A stretch of DNA of 64,000 bases, from NCBI RefSeq assembly GCF_964204865.1, contig NC_135255.1:7564001-7628000 (forward strand), in the 5' to 3' direction. This DNA comes from Styela clava. Lineage: Eukaryota. Positions 41,349 to 55,525 of the stretch are shown piece by piece. Position 1 is the stretch's first letter, and every line of letters begins with the position of its first letter. The notes under the pieces are model-generated. The model was not told the origin of the DNA. It was given only the letters and a program-made list of their open reading frames with translations, and did not search any database. A program made the position numbers and the translations under genes.

Positions 41349-44300
41349 TTTTTACGGATCTGCTTATTGACACAGATAATTCTATTGTGCTGCTCCGCCG
41401 ATTTGGCAAAGCCATTTTATCGCATCTAATAGTCATGAAAAGGAGCGGAAGTAGGGTCCAGGTGCCATGCTTACATTTCAGAACTACCGTCGCTTTCTTA
41501 GCTGACCACTAAAAGATACAATACAATGCCATTCATAGCAGAGTATTGGGCATCGTAATGAATATTTCTCAAGTTTTATTCGGCATTGTTCGTAACGCGG
41601 AGCGTCATTTCGGCGTCTTCAAAGCGTAGGGTGAGGGCCTACAACGAAAGGGATGGACCTAACATAAAAAAGTTTTTATTTTCTAAAGGACTGGAACATT
41701 GTTAATAAAAAGTGGAAACCAATACTAGACAATCAATCAACGTCAACAAAGTCTAACGATGTATCGACACTGTTACGCAATTAGTAAAATACAAATTTTT
41801 CAATGTTAACCGACAAGTTATTTACGTTCCAATAAAACTATACAAAAGTAACCAATCATTTATATATACTGGTACTTTGAAATGTGTAAAACTGTAGCAA
41901 GATTAAATACCTTTAATTTCAACTAATATTACTATAATTTTTTAAGTGATATTTGATCCTGCAAGCGGCAGCGACAATCGAATCCTTCGATTCGAACATC
42001 ATTTCTGGCTAACGGGGGATCGTTTAAACATGACAAGATTCCATTCAAACGACGTGGTGGACATTGACATAATATAAGAATAAATCATTTTAAACAATTG
42101 AATTTTACACAATACAATATAAATATACGTTTATTATAATAATATATACCTAATGATACCGTAAGAAGAAATGAAAAAAAGAGAAAGCCGTAGACAGATT
42201 ACAACAATTTGACTCGATCGTTTTGAAACTCGAAACCTGTAACAAAGCCACTTTAGATCGAATAAACATACGGGGACCGTGTTATACACGTCTCGGGAGA
42301 TGGAAGACTGTTTTCCAAACTGCTAAAATATCGGGGTCGGATTTCAAAGCATCCATTGCGCTCTGACGGGTTGTTTGTTCGGGCTGAGATCCCAAACTTC
42401 ACCACCCAAGTCGAACTCTGATCACGACTATATGCTGCAATAAATTTTCAAAACGACAATATATTTTTCAATTTAATTTAAAAAAAATTTGGGCTGTAAC
42501 TTGGTTCAGCATATTTTAAATAAGTAAATTTGCGTTCGTCTCACGTTATTATCTTTCGTCTAAGAACATACAATTTGTCTTTGTTCCTAATCACTGTCGT
42601 GACTACGATTGAAAGCATTCAATATGCTCAGCCTATTATACAATTTTGAAAGCAGTGAGATGCGTAATCCGTATGATTAACTTCTATTGTGTATTGTAGG
42701 ACAAAGATCTCAATCGTTTCAAAGCCATAAATCTGAGAACTTTTTTCTTTTTTAAATACTTCACCTCGTTTACAATGAAATCGAGTGACAAATCGTCCTC
42801 TTAATTGACAATGAGCTATTTAATTAACTATTTGAGAAATGTAATTGTGCTGAGCCTGAAATAAATTGTTCACTCGTGAGTAGCAGTATGCAACTTTGCC
42901 CTAACTATGGCTTTCTAAATAATTGGAATGTTCAACTCATGAAATCGATTGTTGTTTGATAAACAACTACCTTCCGGACAAACGACCGGAGGCAGCGAGC
43001 CGTTTTTACCGTGATATATTTACAAAAATCCGGTCTAACTCCAGGATACGCTCCGCTGAGGTAATACTGTAATATATAAAAAGATTTAAAAATATAGCGA
43101 GAAATCGATAATTGGGTGAGATAGCATTTTAACGAGAACCCCCTTTTTGAAATTCCTTATTTATGCAGCGAGAAATTATGACCGCTCCCAAAATAAATGC
43201 TTTTTATCAACATTTTTAACTATCTGGTTGCTTTATCCCGCGGCAAGAAAATGACGTAATGGTTCAGGCGAAACAAGACTAAATCTCTCACTGTGCGGCA
43301 ATGTGAGGCTCATTCAGTCGACTCTAATCTAAAGCTTTTTTGCAGGTTATTTTCGTATCGGATTCACGTTATATAAGATATTTTTTGTATTTTCAAACAG
43401 CTGACTTTAACATGGTCACGCTCTGTATTTCACTCAGCTTCTGGCGGAACGAGTATTACAAGGGTAAGAAGAAAATAAGTACATGAAAAACACCGCCACG
43501 TTCAGCATGCGGAACCCAATTAAGTATATCCCCCTTTTGTCTAAAAAAAGTCAAAAATGGAACAACAATGTTGCACGTCGTTAAAGTTCTTTTCCGACAA
43601 AGATATGCCGCTAGTAACATATACGCCCACTTGTCGATACCTTGTGCTTTAAGGTTAAATTGTCAACGCATAGGCACACATATCATTTAAAAATTACATT
43701 TAGAAATATTTCATACACCCTAAATATGTTCGTTACTGAAATTATATTTGTAAATTTACGTTTTGTCATGCTTCATTATGCTACATAAAAGTCTAATCAT
43801 CTTTTGTTGTGCAAAAAACGCGGAATCATTGCTTTGATGCGGTAAGTAATTAAGAGAAACCATTCAAGATTATGAAATATGAAAGCTACTTACCGACGTT
43901 CATACCAAATCAAACCAATTTGCTCATCACCGAAAACACGATGTTTGCCACTGCAAATGGCGTTTGAGGATTGTTTGAACTTCCCATAGAATATATATTG
44001 TAGTGTATCCACATATACCTTTTACATGCATTCCCTTACAAATCTCAATAACCTTAAGACATTATTTGCTTTAACTAATCGAACACGTATGCGATAATTT
44101 GGCTGAGATGGGAATTCGATGTTAGGCGACAAATAGCGAGTTTCTACCTTCGTATTAAATCTTGCCATTTCCCAAAGAATAAATATTTGCGTAATACGAT
44201 CGTGAACAAGGTGTGCGTAGGCGATGAAATACGCATCTCGCTGAATAATCCTATATTGAAGTATAAGGAAAATACACAAAAAATTAACTTCAGATAAACG

Positions 44301-47300
44301 TATGCCTGAATACAGAAATATTACCATCACTTGCGAGACTTCAATTTACAAGTAAGTATAAAGTCGCACAATAGTTCAACTCAAGACAATCAAATCATTA
44401 TGTAAGTAACTCAATTTGAACCCTAAACTTTACCGTTTGAATACATTCTGTCATCCTCAATCTGCTAATGTAATACTTCTACCAATATTAATATTATATG
44501 GCGAACCCCGCTTGAGAGCAAACACTACTGGTTCTAAAATAGATACCGCGCCGTCATCTCCACTTTTACAAAGAGGCTCAGACGTCTTCACCACGACGGT
44601 GCTGCGACTACGAATGGTATTTAGGAGCGGCTCTCCCATTTATATATGCTGCTCGATTTCGTTCGTTACTCTCATTTTATAGAGCGATCTTTTCAGCGGC
44701 AGTGAATTTTTTTCGTCGAAGAAATCTACTTCCTTAGAATCAAGTAATTTTTTGGCCACGAAATCGTTCATTTGGTAAAGTGATCAGTCAAATAAATACA
44801 TTTTCAAAAAAGGTATTTCACTTTTTTACTTTGAATGGATATCATTTTACACCTTTGACGTGAATTGTGGCTTCTGGGATGGGAACAGACGATTTGTATG
44901 TAGTATTAGGTATTGGTTTGCTATATATCTTTTGCAAATATATAAAACCTTCAGCATATACCTGGATTGTTCGGATATTGCACTAATGGTGTGAACAATC
45001 AAATCCATAGACGCCAATGAGGATATATTATAGCGGCTCCATCACGTACGAGTATCTGTTGGTTTCCCACAAACTTTTATTATGTGTGTAGACTCAATAC
45101 AGCAAATAAAAAGCAATATTAGGTTGTATTCTCGGCGCACAGTCGATCGTCTATTCAAATTCAGCTGTTATGGTGTGTTCTCATCGTGTGTATCAGACTA
45201 TGATTCGCATTTTGTCTAATTCTAAATCATCCTGTTTGGGCGTATTGTGGTTGACGACACTGAGTGTCTCCCAAGAGCCGACTACATATTGTCTCTCAAA
45301 TATTCACGAAAAAGGCGCGAGTTAGACATAGGTCTGGGCTGGGAAAAATACGAAACTCGAGAAATGGTGAGGTACAAGACCTCGCTCAGATGCGTCAACG
45401 GCCAAAACCAGTTATTCTGATCTTAGTAAGGTTGAATTAAAAGGTTGATATGTGTGACTCGGATTAACATCGATATGTGAGAAATCTTTCATCAGTTTAC
45501 AGTTTCGATGCCAATAGTTCAGAATATTAACGAGTCATATATTTTGGCCAAGTGTCATTCTAACACCTTCCCATCGCAAAAATATGAAATTTTACAAATA
45601 TACTGGTATTATCCCGTAATTGCAATTAAACTATTTTCTTTAACAACACAAATTTGCAATTTCTTGATTTCATAATGTCAAATATATTGTACTTTCACAA
45701 AACCATATTTTTGTACGATAAAAATAACACAACAGTTACTTCATTCTTCGCTCAGTACCCAGTTAATACAATACAACACATCTCTACATAAAATACCTAA
45801 TACTCCCACTTTTCTAATTTGACTTTTTCTTACTTGTCGTTCTGCAAATCACAGATTAATAAACTTGTTGTCACGTAAACCAAATTTTAGACTAATAGAA
45901 AATCACATTCGTGATCTTTCTTTACCTCAGTCGAAAATTTAATTATGAGGCGATACAAACTTTGACTCTTCTGTAGGATTACATAAAGGTACAATTTTAT
46001 TGAAAAGCAGTATAATTTTTTTTTAATTCGTGTAAACTAACACTTAAAGAAGATCATTATAAGTCATCAGATCTCGCCGATCGTTTTTAATTTAATTCTC
46101 GGAAGTTGGGATTAACTTAAACTAGATCTTGGCAAAAATTTAAAAAACAGATTCAAGCAACCTTGGTCAGACCACTGATTTAATCACTTGCTTAGCTTTT
46201 GCTTGATATATCAACTGTTCACACCTGTCCCTAGATTGAAAATAGAAATATAAGTGAATTAATCGGAGATTCCACTTAAATTAAATGATTTTTATGAAAA
46301 TATTATAAAATGAGACTGACGATAATTATTGTTTTTTACCACCAGATTTCTTGACGCATTAACATTAGAAAGGTGTGACATTAAAAGAAAAATTAGATTT
46401 GACATCTGACATTAAAACTTTCGGATCATAACAAAAAACTTATTGCCTTTTTTAAACTGAACAATATTATGTTTTTCTGGAGTTTTTTGTTACTAGTATG
46501 TTAAAAAAAACTATTTTGAAAAAAAAATTGAGCCGATCAACTATATTTAATGGCAATTTATTTGTTATTATATATATTTATTCAATAAAAAGCGTTGATA
46601 AATGATCTTGTTACACGAACGATTCATTTCCGACGGGAATTAGTTCCGCAAGTTAAATTCCATTATCATAAGCGTTGAAAAGTACAAAATATGGCAAGCG
46701 GTATTTACCGGAACAGATCGGTTATTTCTGGTTGATTATATGCCTTTTTAACATTAAATAAACGATATACAAGTTTTTGATAAAATTTAAGGTTTGTTAT
46801 GGTGAATCAAAGCATTTCCAGCCGATATTTATGTTTAAATCTGATTCCTATATGTATTGTTGAACTGACTGTTTGTGGTCGACGGAAAACATTCAAGAAT
46901 AAATTGAAATTGCGTTTTTTAATATTGAATATCATAAATATTTAATTTTGTCAGAAAATGTTTAATATCAATCGAAACCAAATCATTCTGAGAATCATTA
47001 TTTGTAAATTAACATGAAAATGATTATATTTGTTTATTTAAACTGTTCAATTAAAAAGACCAAAAATTAAAAATTAGTTTCTCCAGCCTAAAAACTAAAA
47101 CATAGACTTTCTATTCCGTTTAAGGGTGATAATTGTTAGATAATTTGTAATTTAACAATTGTTTTGTTCGGAAGCAAGTAAAGTACATAATTTTGAGTTC
47201 GAAAATGATAGTCAAATCATAGAATTTAATTGCTGCTTTTTCGAGCAGTTACAAGTAGCAACGACACTCTTTAGCTTGCAATTAAAAGAATAAATATTAA

Positions 47301-50300
47301 TTAAAACGCCTACATTTGAAAACGCTGTAAGGTCAACTAATATGTAATTGTTTAAAATAGAAATTTTGTAATCTTTTTAGCCGATTTTGCTTAATTTTGC
47401 CAAGCTTCGCACATAACGTTATTTTTGGGTTTGTGATTAAAACGGTATAATTCCATCTGATTAACTTTGATTATCTCACGTAGATTATGGAATGGAAGTT
47501 TTAATTTTTGTATAGTTTTTTGCGATGTTATAGAATTATAAAAAAGGAACCAACGATTTTTATATTGATGTACGTGTGTTATTGGCATGCATTAAAATTA
47601 TTTTGACTAATTATCTGAATTCCAACCATCATACCATGTATTTTGAAAGTTGAGTATTGTGTATAGACGAGTCAGATCATATCGATAGATTTTTACAAAC
47701 GTTATTACTATGGAAGATAGTTTTTTGTTGAAATCATTTAACTGAAAAGACATACATAGAAATATAAATTTTCATACATAGCTTAATTAAACAACAACAA
47801 AAAATCAGCGACTCGTGGCCGTGCGAATAAACTTAATTACATGTTTATTTTGAGTCATAAACTCTACATGACAAATATTTTTCAGCATCAAGCAACCGTG
47901 CTGAATGTATCTTTCTCATAGATCAATTAACATACTTTTAACATTATGTTTTGTTGTTTCAGACTGTTTGCACCTGCTTGTCATTTGATCTTACTTTTTA
48001 TACAGTGTTTTGAGAAGCGGCCATCATGATTTATAAACAATAAATTTGAAAATCGACAAATTTACTCTTCAAATTCGACACTGCATTTTATTCCCAGTTG
48101 ATATGGTATTTGCAAAAATTATAACCGCCAATATGAGAATTCGAGTCACTCCCAGACATACTTATGACCTATCAAACAATGGAAGTATAAAGATAAAATG
48201 AATTCGAAAGTTCTACGACACGTTTTATTTTCGGGTTTTCGTGTCAAAATCACTAAACCTATGTTATGATCCAAGGCATAGCAAATCATATATACCACTT
48301 GCAACACTCGGTAACTTTTCGAATTTTGTAGACAAAACCAATTAGATTTGGGGTGAATATATGAGGTTGTATGAGTCAATGTGAAATGCAACTTTCACAT
48401 ACTTCGTGTCGTATGATTCAACACCCAATACTTTTGTTTTTGCAAACCCTGCAAAACCACTCTTCCAATTGATCGTGACGCCGCACGTGTATAAGTCACA
48501 TTCATTTCAATTTTAGTCATGAAAGCACGTTGAAAAAAAACTTGGCACTCCTATCTCAAATATTATTGTATTCTGTCAACATAATATAAGTTAAGAAAAG
48601 TTTATATGCTAACCTCTTTTCATAGTCATCCTACACCGTATATCATCATTGATTTTTACAAAGTGTTTCTGAAATTTTTGTGATTTTTCATGAAAATATG
48701 AATATAAGTCAAACTTTATACAACCCCAGGTTATGTAAATTGTGGGCAATCGAGAACGGCCTGGCCCCTTTACATCATTGCACAAATTTGACAACAAATC
48801 ATATTACCCAAAACTAGCATGAACACTGCTCTTTTATACCAAATCAATGATAAGTTGCCACTGCGAGGAATGTTTGGTAATATTGCAACTCGACCGTGGG
48901 AAGTTGGTTTAATCCGTTTTGAAGAGTTGCCAGATCTAGAAATCAATCCAACCTTTGACTGTTGTAAATGTATCTTGGCAGAGTGTTCTATTAACACACC
49001 TGCTGGAACTTGACCATGATAAACTTTGGCAAAAGGTAGATCAAATTGCTTTGTTATTGTATTTTATTTATGATCTTTGTATCAACTGTATCACAGATGA
49101 AAATTAATCGTACACGCTGCTTCCATGTGTGCAAAGCAATTTTTTAAAGCGAGTCAAATACATCGCAACAACAGTCTAACTAATTTAACAGTAGCAGCAT
49201 AGAATAGAGGGTCAGTCTGAATTATTTTTATTTTTTCAAAAACGAACAAGTATTTTTTCTGCCTTTACTCCTGAAAAACCCCCAAAGTAGAAGTCACTAT
49301 TACATATGGATTTATGTTTATCGGTAACTCTGAAAATCATTCCCAAATTGTTTCACGAGTTTTTTTATTTGGATCACTCGAAAATTACGAGTGTTTGATA
49401 AATTCCAATTTCCTATTTATTGAAAATTATAAAAGTCCAAATTTTCTCCGAAAACATATTACTAGCCTGTATTCGACCAGACTGGTTTGTTTTGCACGTA
49501 TAGGGAGTTTCATATGTAACAGTCTCCTGTTTCTGACGAATGTTGTAAATCTGTCATCAGTTTTTGGTATTATAACCGAAGGATAAGTAATACGAAGCAA
49601 TAAACAGACAGAGTTTTTTTAGTAGTTGGAAGAAACTTTTGTTACACTGCCTTTTATTGTACATTGTTAGGAAATAACTATTCTTTTAAAGCAAATTGAT
49701 TCGGATATAAACGTTCATTCATTGAATGTGAACTACAGATAGTCCATCTTATGAAGAGTTTCCACTTTGAAATAGGCAAATTTACAATATTTTGTAATCG
49801 GATTAATATATTTTTTTAATATTCTGGGTTATTGCAAAATGAACTCGGTTAATTTTCCCATCAACCAGGCGCCAATGAAAGCTTTGTACATTTTACAATG
49901 CTCCATTTTCATTGAGATGGTCGCCCAGTTTGACTCCCTTTCTATGTGGGTTTCGGAACAATTGTGATTCAATGTGACCATTGTTCGAAACTTGTTCATA
50001 AAACTTCAATAAAAGTAAATAACAACTGTAACCTTCGCACTTAATGATTGTAATTGTCTGTAACCTTGGATTTTGATAGTATACTTTTTTTCCGGATGTT
50101 GCACACATCAAAGAAAGTTATTGTTACTCGACCGGAAATTGATTTGTTGTATTCTCCCGACACTGTTCAAGCGCGCCCCGGTGCAATATAGATTAAGCTT
50201 AAATGTTACTTAACACTTGTCTCTGTTTTGTGAAAATCAAGCTCGACTAAGCTTGATTTTTGCATGAACAATTTATTTTATCATTTTTAGCTTGTCGTTT

Positions 50301-52518
50301 ATACATGTATATGCAATGAACGATATCTTGAATACATAGCTTAAAATGAGGCACAACCTTTTAATATATGCAACAACTATTGAACCAAAATACCATATTG
50401 GACACGTTGTGTGCGATCAAATCTAGTCGATTATTCAACTAAATTGATGGGACTAGACTTTTCAATAAAGCCAAAGGCAATGTTCTTCCCCAAATTAACT
50501 ATCTATATCACCGGTGGGCAAAGTTTTGTGCGACGGCCTTATTGCAAAGAGCCGTATTGAGAAAAGTAATCAAGTTTTTCGAATGACCATAATTATGATA
50601 CAGTCACCTTACGTTAAAATTTAATACGTAAAATATAAACTATACAAAATAAATACGTGAAATAGAAAGCAAAGTACGCGAACATTGCGTTGCAAAATAT
50701 ATCTACAGACGCCCCCAATAATAAATACAGTAAGATCGTTTGAGAGTCATTGCAATTTAATATTCTATGATTTATATTTCGTCCAGATGTTCATTTTTGT
50801 TGCAACGTAAATCTTGTCTCAATGAAGCATTCTTAATTTGTTTTATCTCAGCATCGTAAACAAATGTTGTCTTATTTTCCGAAAATGATGGAGTAAACAA
50901 ATCATAAATATCAAATCAATGTTGATTTCATACGTCGCTTAGTTGCAATCGTGAAACCATAAAGATTATTGTGGTATCTAAGCAAGACATTACCACGCAT
51001 TCATGTGAATTGTAATTCGTGATAGTGTTTCAGTTAGTTGCCACAACATATTCAGTAAATAAAAACGGCAAACAAAATGATGGATCTGCAAATGGATGCT
51101 ATTTACATTTTCGTCTATATTGCGTTGAAGCTACTGATTTTTTGGTATCGCAAGGCGCCATTCTTAATAATAACCTTACTATAAATGAAGTGAGCACGCA
51201 CTTTAAGCGCGTCAGAATCTCCAAGTCTCACGAGTTTAGATATAGGGTTCAAGCACAATACCAACTACCGCACTGAGGGTGTATCAAATTGGCAAAAAAT
51301 GAATTGATTCCGGTCGTTTCGAACATAGCATTTCTACACGCGTTAGTGCGTAATTGTGTGAATATATTTTTCAAATTAATATTTGAATCACCCCATCTTA
51401 TAAAACAAGCAACTGGAAGCCTGTTTTGTGTATTTAACCAAGGTAACATGTCACTTGCGTGCTAGTTCGTTAACTAAATTTGAAATAGAGGTGAACAATA
51501 ATAACGAATGAGCATTTTTATCGTGTATATACCAGTATTGTAACAAAATTTGGTAAACTGTAGGAACCTGGTGAAGCCTATGAATCATTGGGTCGCACCA
51601 CTAAACAGAACAATGTTTCAACAGGATAAGACTGGATAAATCACAATGTATTTCGTTGCAAATATGCGATAAAACTAACCATAGGAATGCAAATCAAACA
51701 AGTTCAGCAACAAGGAAAATACACAAACACGCTACAATCATTTTGCAAAATGATTAGCTTGGAAATACCATAATTTGAGCCTAGCAAACCCATACCATGT
51801 ATGATTCCGTTATAAAAACTAGCACCATATACCCCTCTCACGCATAGGGTCTCTATGATATAGTGTGATACTACGTAAAGAATTTCCAGCCAATTGTAAG
51901 TTACCACAATTAGCGATGTTCATCATTTTGAAGGCGCTTGAAAACTCTTTAAACGCAGATGATTATTTGCAAAGCAAATAATCCTGTTAATTAGAGATCA
52001 TTTGATGGTCCAAATAGGCGATAAACAGATTTTGCTACTCATAAAGTCAGTTCAATGCCCATTATGTATTGTTTCGAATAAAACGTTTGTTATTACAACG
52101 ACTAATTTAACAAATTTCACAAGTTTTTTGTTTCCTAACTGCAAATATGTCAGATTTGGCTTGATTTTTTACTACATTTTTTATTAAATATTCGCCCCGA
52201 AAGTTATACAACTGAGAAGAATAGACTTAAACTCGCGGCGAGGTGTGGTCAAAAAAATACACAGAATTACTGCAAAACTTTGGTAGACGTTCCAGCTGTT
52301 TTCACTTACGAGGAATAGTGGGCTTATAAGGTATAATATTGCGCGCTTTCAGGTCGTTTGCTTCGGCAACCTCCCACGCCTATTATCTTGGCAATCCTAT
52401 ACATAATATTATTCCGCCTACTTTTAATCTAAGATTAGTTTTAACAGTAAATCTGACGATTTAGTAATACTTTATCTGCAGAATTAAATAGATTTGTCAA
52501 GATTTTGTGAAATTTTTG

Positions 52519-52569
52519 AATATTGAACGGATTATATTCACTTGTAATGAGTATAATCCGTTCAATATT
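52519..52569. repeat. 22-bp-stem inverted repeat (hairpin)
   Basis: AATATTGAACGGATTATATTCA / TGAGTATAATCCGTTCAATATT, 1 mismatch (G-U pair in RNA), 7-nt loop. Confidence 0.75.
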
Positions 52570-53687
52570 TAAAAATAAATCTTCAGAATCTGTAATTCGG
52601 GGCTTGCTCAAGTTTTTCAACTGACTTATAATGTTTTTTTAAATCTTTGATTTCGTAAAGGCTTGCCTTTTTATGCTTTCAGTTGAAAGTCAAAATATGT
52701 AATATATCGTATGTTATACGATCTGATATGGTCTCTATATCTTGAAAACTGATGTTCGGCCAAACGCCATAACTATGATTTTTATCCCAGGCCTTGGTTA
52801 GATTGTTCCAATAATCATATATGTTCTAAATAATTTTAAGACCTTTTTTTTGAAATCACAGTTTAATATACTGAAAACTTTCCATTATCACGATTATGTA
52901 AGTATTAAAGCAACAATTTACCAGCCGTCTTGTCTGGTTTAAGTCTGCATCAGACATTAAAGACTTTGTATATATACACAAACTATCACATCTCGTTTGA
53001 TCAAGGAGTGCCAAGGGAATGCATGCTCAAAACAAGTTTGCTTGCCTACGCATTTTTGTAGAGATTTGATATTACATATTTCTGAAGACATAGAACCTAA
53101 TACTATATACGTTCTTCTGGGCCACAAAAAACTGTTGAATGATTTTACTGATCTGTGAAATCAAAACCATATTCGATGGATATTGTCTGCAACAGTGTTT
53201 TTTATTGATAATAATAATTATGGCTACCGTATACCTGTTTATTGTAAAGTGAACTGAACATACTCGAAATAAATAGTCTTCAACGCGATAGTTTCGATAC
53301 CATCGTTGAAATTACATTTTGGGTAATATAAAATATTTGACACAAATATCTATAGCGTAATCGCATTTGCATTGTTTTTTTTGAACTGATATAATTTATG
53401 GAATTTCTATCACCATTGCCAAGAACTGAATGATTTTGTTTCTTTGTCATTTGAAGATTTCTGTTAATATATTGTATCATATTTGATAGCATCAGTGTAT
53501 TATTTTGTAAACTACAAAATCAAATAGCACATTGTAATTGAACTAACTAGACGTTGGCATGATATAGTAATTACATCTGCCCAGTTCGACGATAAAAATC
53601 GCTTTTCATAGTGCGTCATAAAAAAACATTTTACATATAAATTCCAGTTTCTATTTTTACATCGATAGGTGAATATGATAACCTTAA

Positions 53688-55525
53688 CTCTTTGAACTCT
53701 GAATCCCCAGAACGATGCTACTCTCTCACCCTGACCTCCCACGGCGTCGCATCGATTCGACGCGTTAAAAAATTGTAATATCCCTAACTTTAAATCAAAA
53801 TAACTTCTAAACCATTAGATATCAGATGGTCTGTAATATATCATATAAAAGCTTATCTAGTCTTTTATTTTTAACTGGCATTATTTTTCACGAGATGTTT
53901 TGATGAGATGTGTAAGCCTATTTGTAGCCCCATCTACTATTTTTTGTATTTTGGTAATATTTAATACATTTTTTAGAAATGTATCATCAATATAAGTACA
54001 TATTTGAAAAGTATACAAAATTACCTTTCGGAGAATATACGTATGACATTCTTAACATACGCATAACACATTTTATTGCAGAATTTGTACTATCGATTCA
54101 AATGGTTTGCGAACAAAATTTATCAACTATTTGACGCCAAGTTTGCGTAAGGACGCAAAGGGCGACGACGACATTGTCGTGATAACGTTCATGCGACGTA
54201 TCGTGCGTAACTCTTTGCGTGAGGTATATTGCGCAATTGCACATCTGGTCGTTCACAGCTTGAGGGCAGATTGTGGCTTCATTGCATTAGTATCATATCC
54301 TCGGCCGCAGATAAAACCCTTTCAGACGAATTTTGATCGAACATAGTAAAATTGCTAGAATATAAAGGCCATTTTATATACGTTTACTATTTGGATATGG
54401 GACGAAAATGAATGGCCAAAACGAAATATTTGATCCTCATGAATTTATGAGGTTCCGCCGGAAACATCAAGGCTAATTATTCACCGTTGGATATCATGAA
54501 GATTGAATAAAAAAAAAACTGATAACGGGTACACGGAAGACATGGTGGCACCAGTAGCTCACCTGGTCAGTGTTTTACATTTTGCAGCCTCATTAGATTT
54601 TCGAAATTACTGCATATACGCTACATTCCTGATATCGCTATATTTACAATGGATTTTAAACGAAAGCTTTGTCCAGATGAAATATTGGATAGTATTCATC
54701 TATCGGAAGAAGAAAATATGGCACAATAAAACTCAGCAATAGCGCTAAACAATGCATCCATCGATATGTTCCATCATTCTGTTTTTAAAAATCCTTATTT
54801 TGGCTATTCGTATTTTTCATATCTTTATGCAATTAAAACGGCAATAACACTGCGTATTGTGTGTTTTAGTCGAACCGATGTAATGCGTAAATTTCCCCGT
54901 GTATCGTTTACAAGTCGTAAGTCGCTTCACGAGTACGAACTTAAGTAAATGACGTTACGAGCATGCGAGGAAAAGTGTTTCTCGTATGAAACGTAAACGT
55001 GCTACGTGCCAACGTAATTGCTTAACGTCGCTGCGTAACGGCGTAAATGTGTTAGGTCGTTATTTACGTCACCTTGACGTCGCCTCGATCTTGCGACAAA
55101 CGAAATCACGAATAAAAATGCTTCTAAAATTTGAATGGTGCAACATAAGTTCAATCTAATGGTATCACTGGAAAGCTATCTTCAAATTCTACAAATTTTG
55201 TTGATAATGTACTAGGTTTAATCGAAAACAAATTTAAGTTTTGTCAATTAGATTTGAGCAATTTTCAGAAGTTTTTTATGCTTTTTAATTTTGCCAATTT
55301 TCATAAGATGATCACAATATTTTATCTCAATTTTAAAATTATACTTAGTCCTGTAGATTATCTTTCACACGATGTAAAACTTGTCTAAATATAATAAATG
55401 GTTCGCGAGATATGAGGTTTCAAAGCTGCATACCTCTTACGGGATGCGAAAGCCGCTAAACCGGCTTTCAGCGTCAGAAGACTTTCTCGGGAAAGCCGGT
55501 TTAGCGGCTTTCAGGGTTCAAAGAG
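53688..55525. mobile_element. Non-autonomous TTAA-targeting (piggyBac-like) DNA transposon, ~1.84 kb
   Basis: TTAA at 53684-53687 and 55526-55529; TIR CTCTTTGAACTCTGAA / TTCAGGGTTCAAAGAG (15/16); perfect 22-bp subterminal inverted repeat at 55448-55469 / 55491-55512; no transposase ORF. Confidence 0.82.

Noticed and set aside
54546-54615. tRNA-like start GCACCAGTAGCTCACCTGGTCAG
   Set aside because: No cloverleaf or proper B-box/T-arm can be formed downstream.
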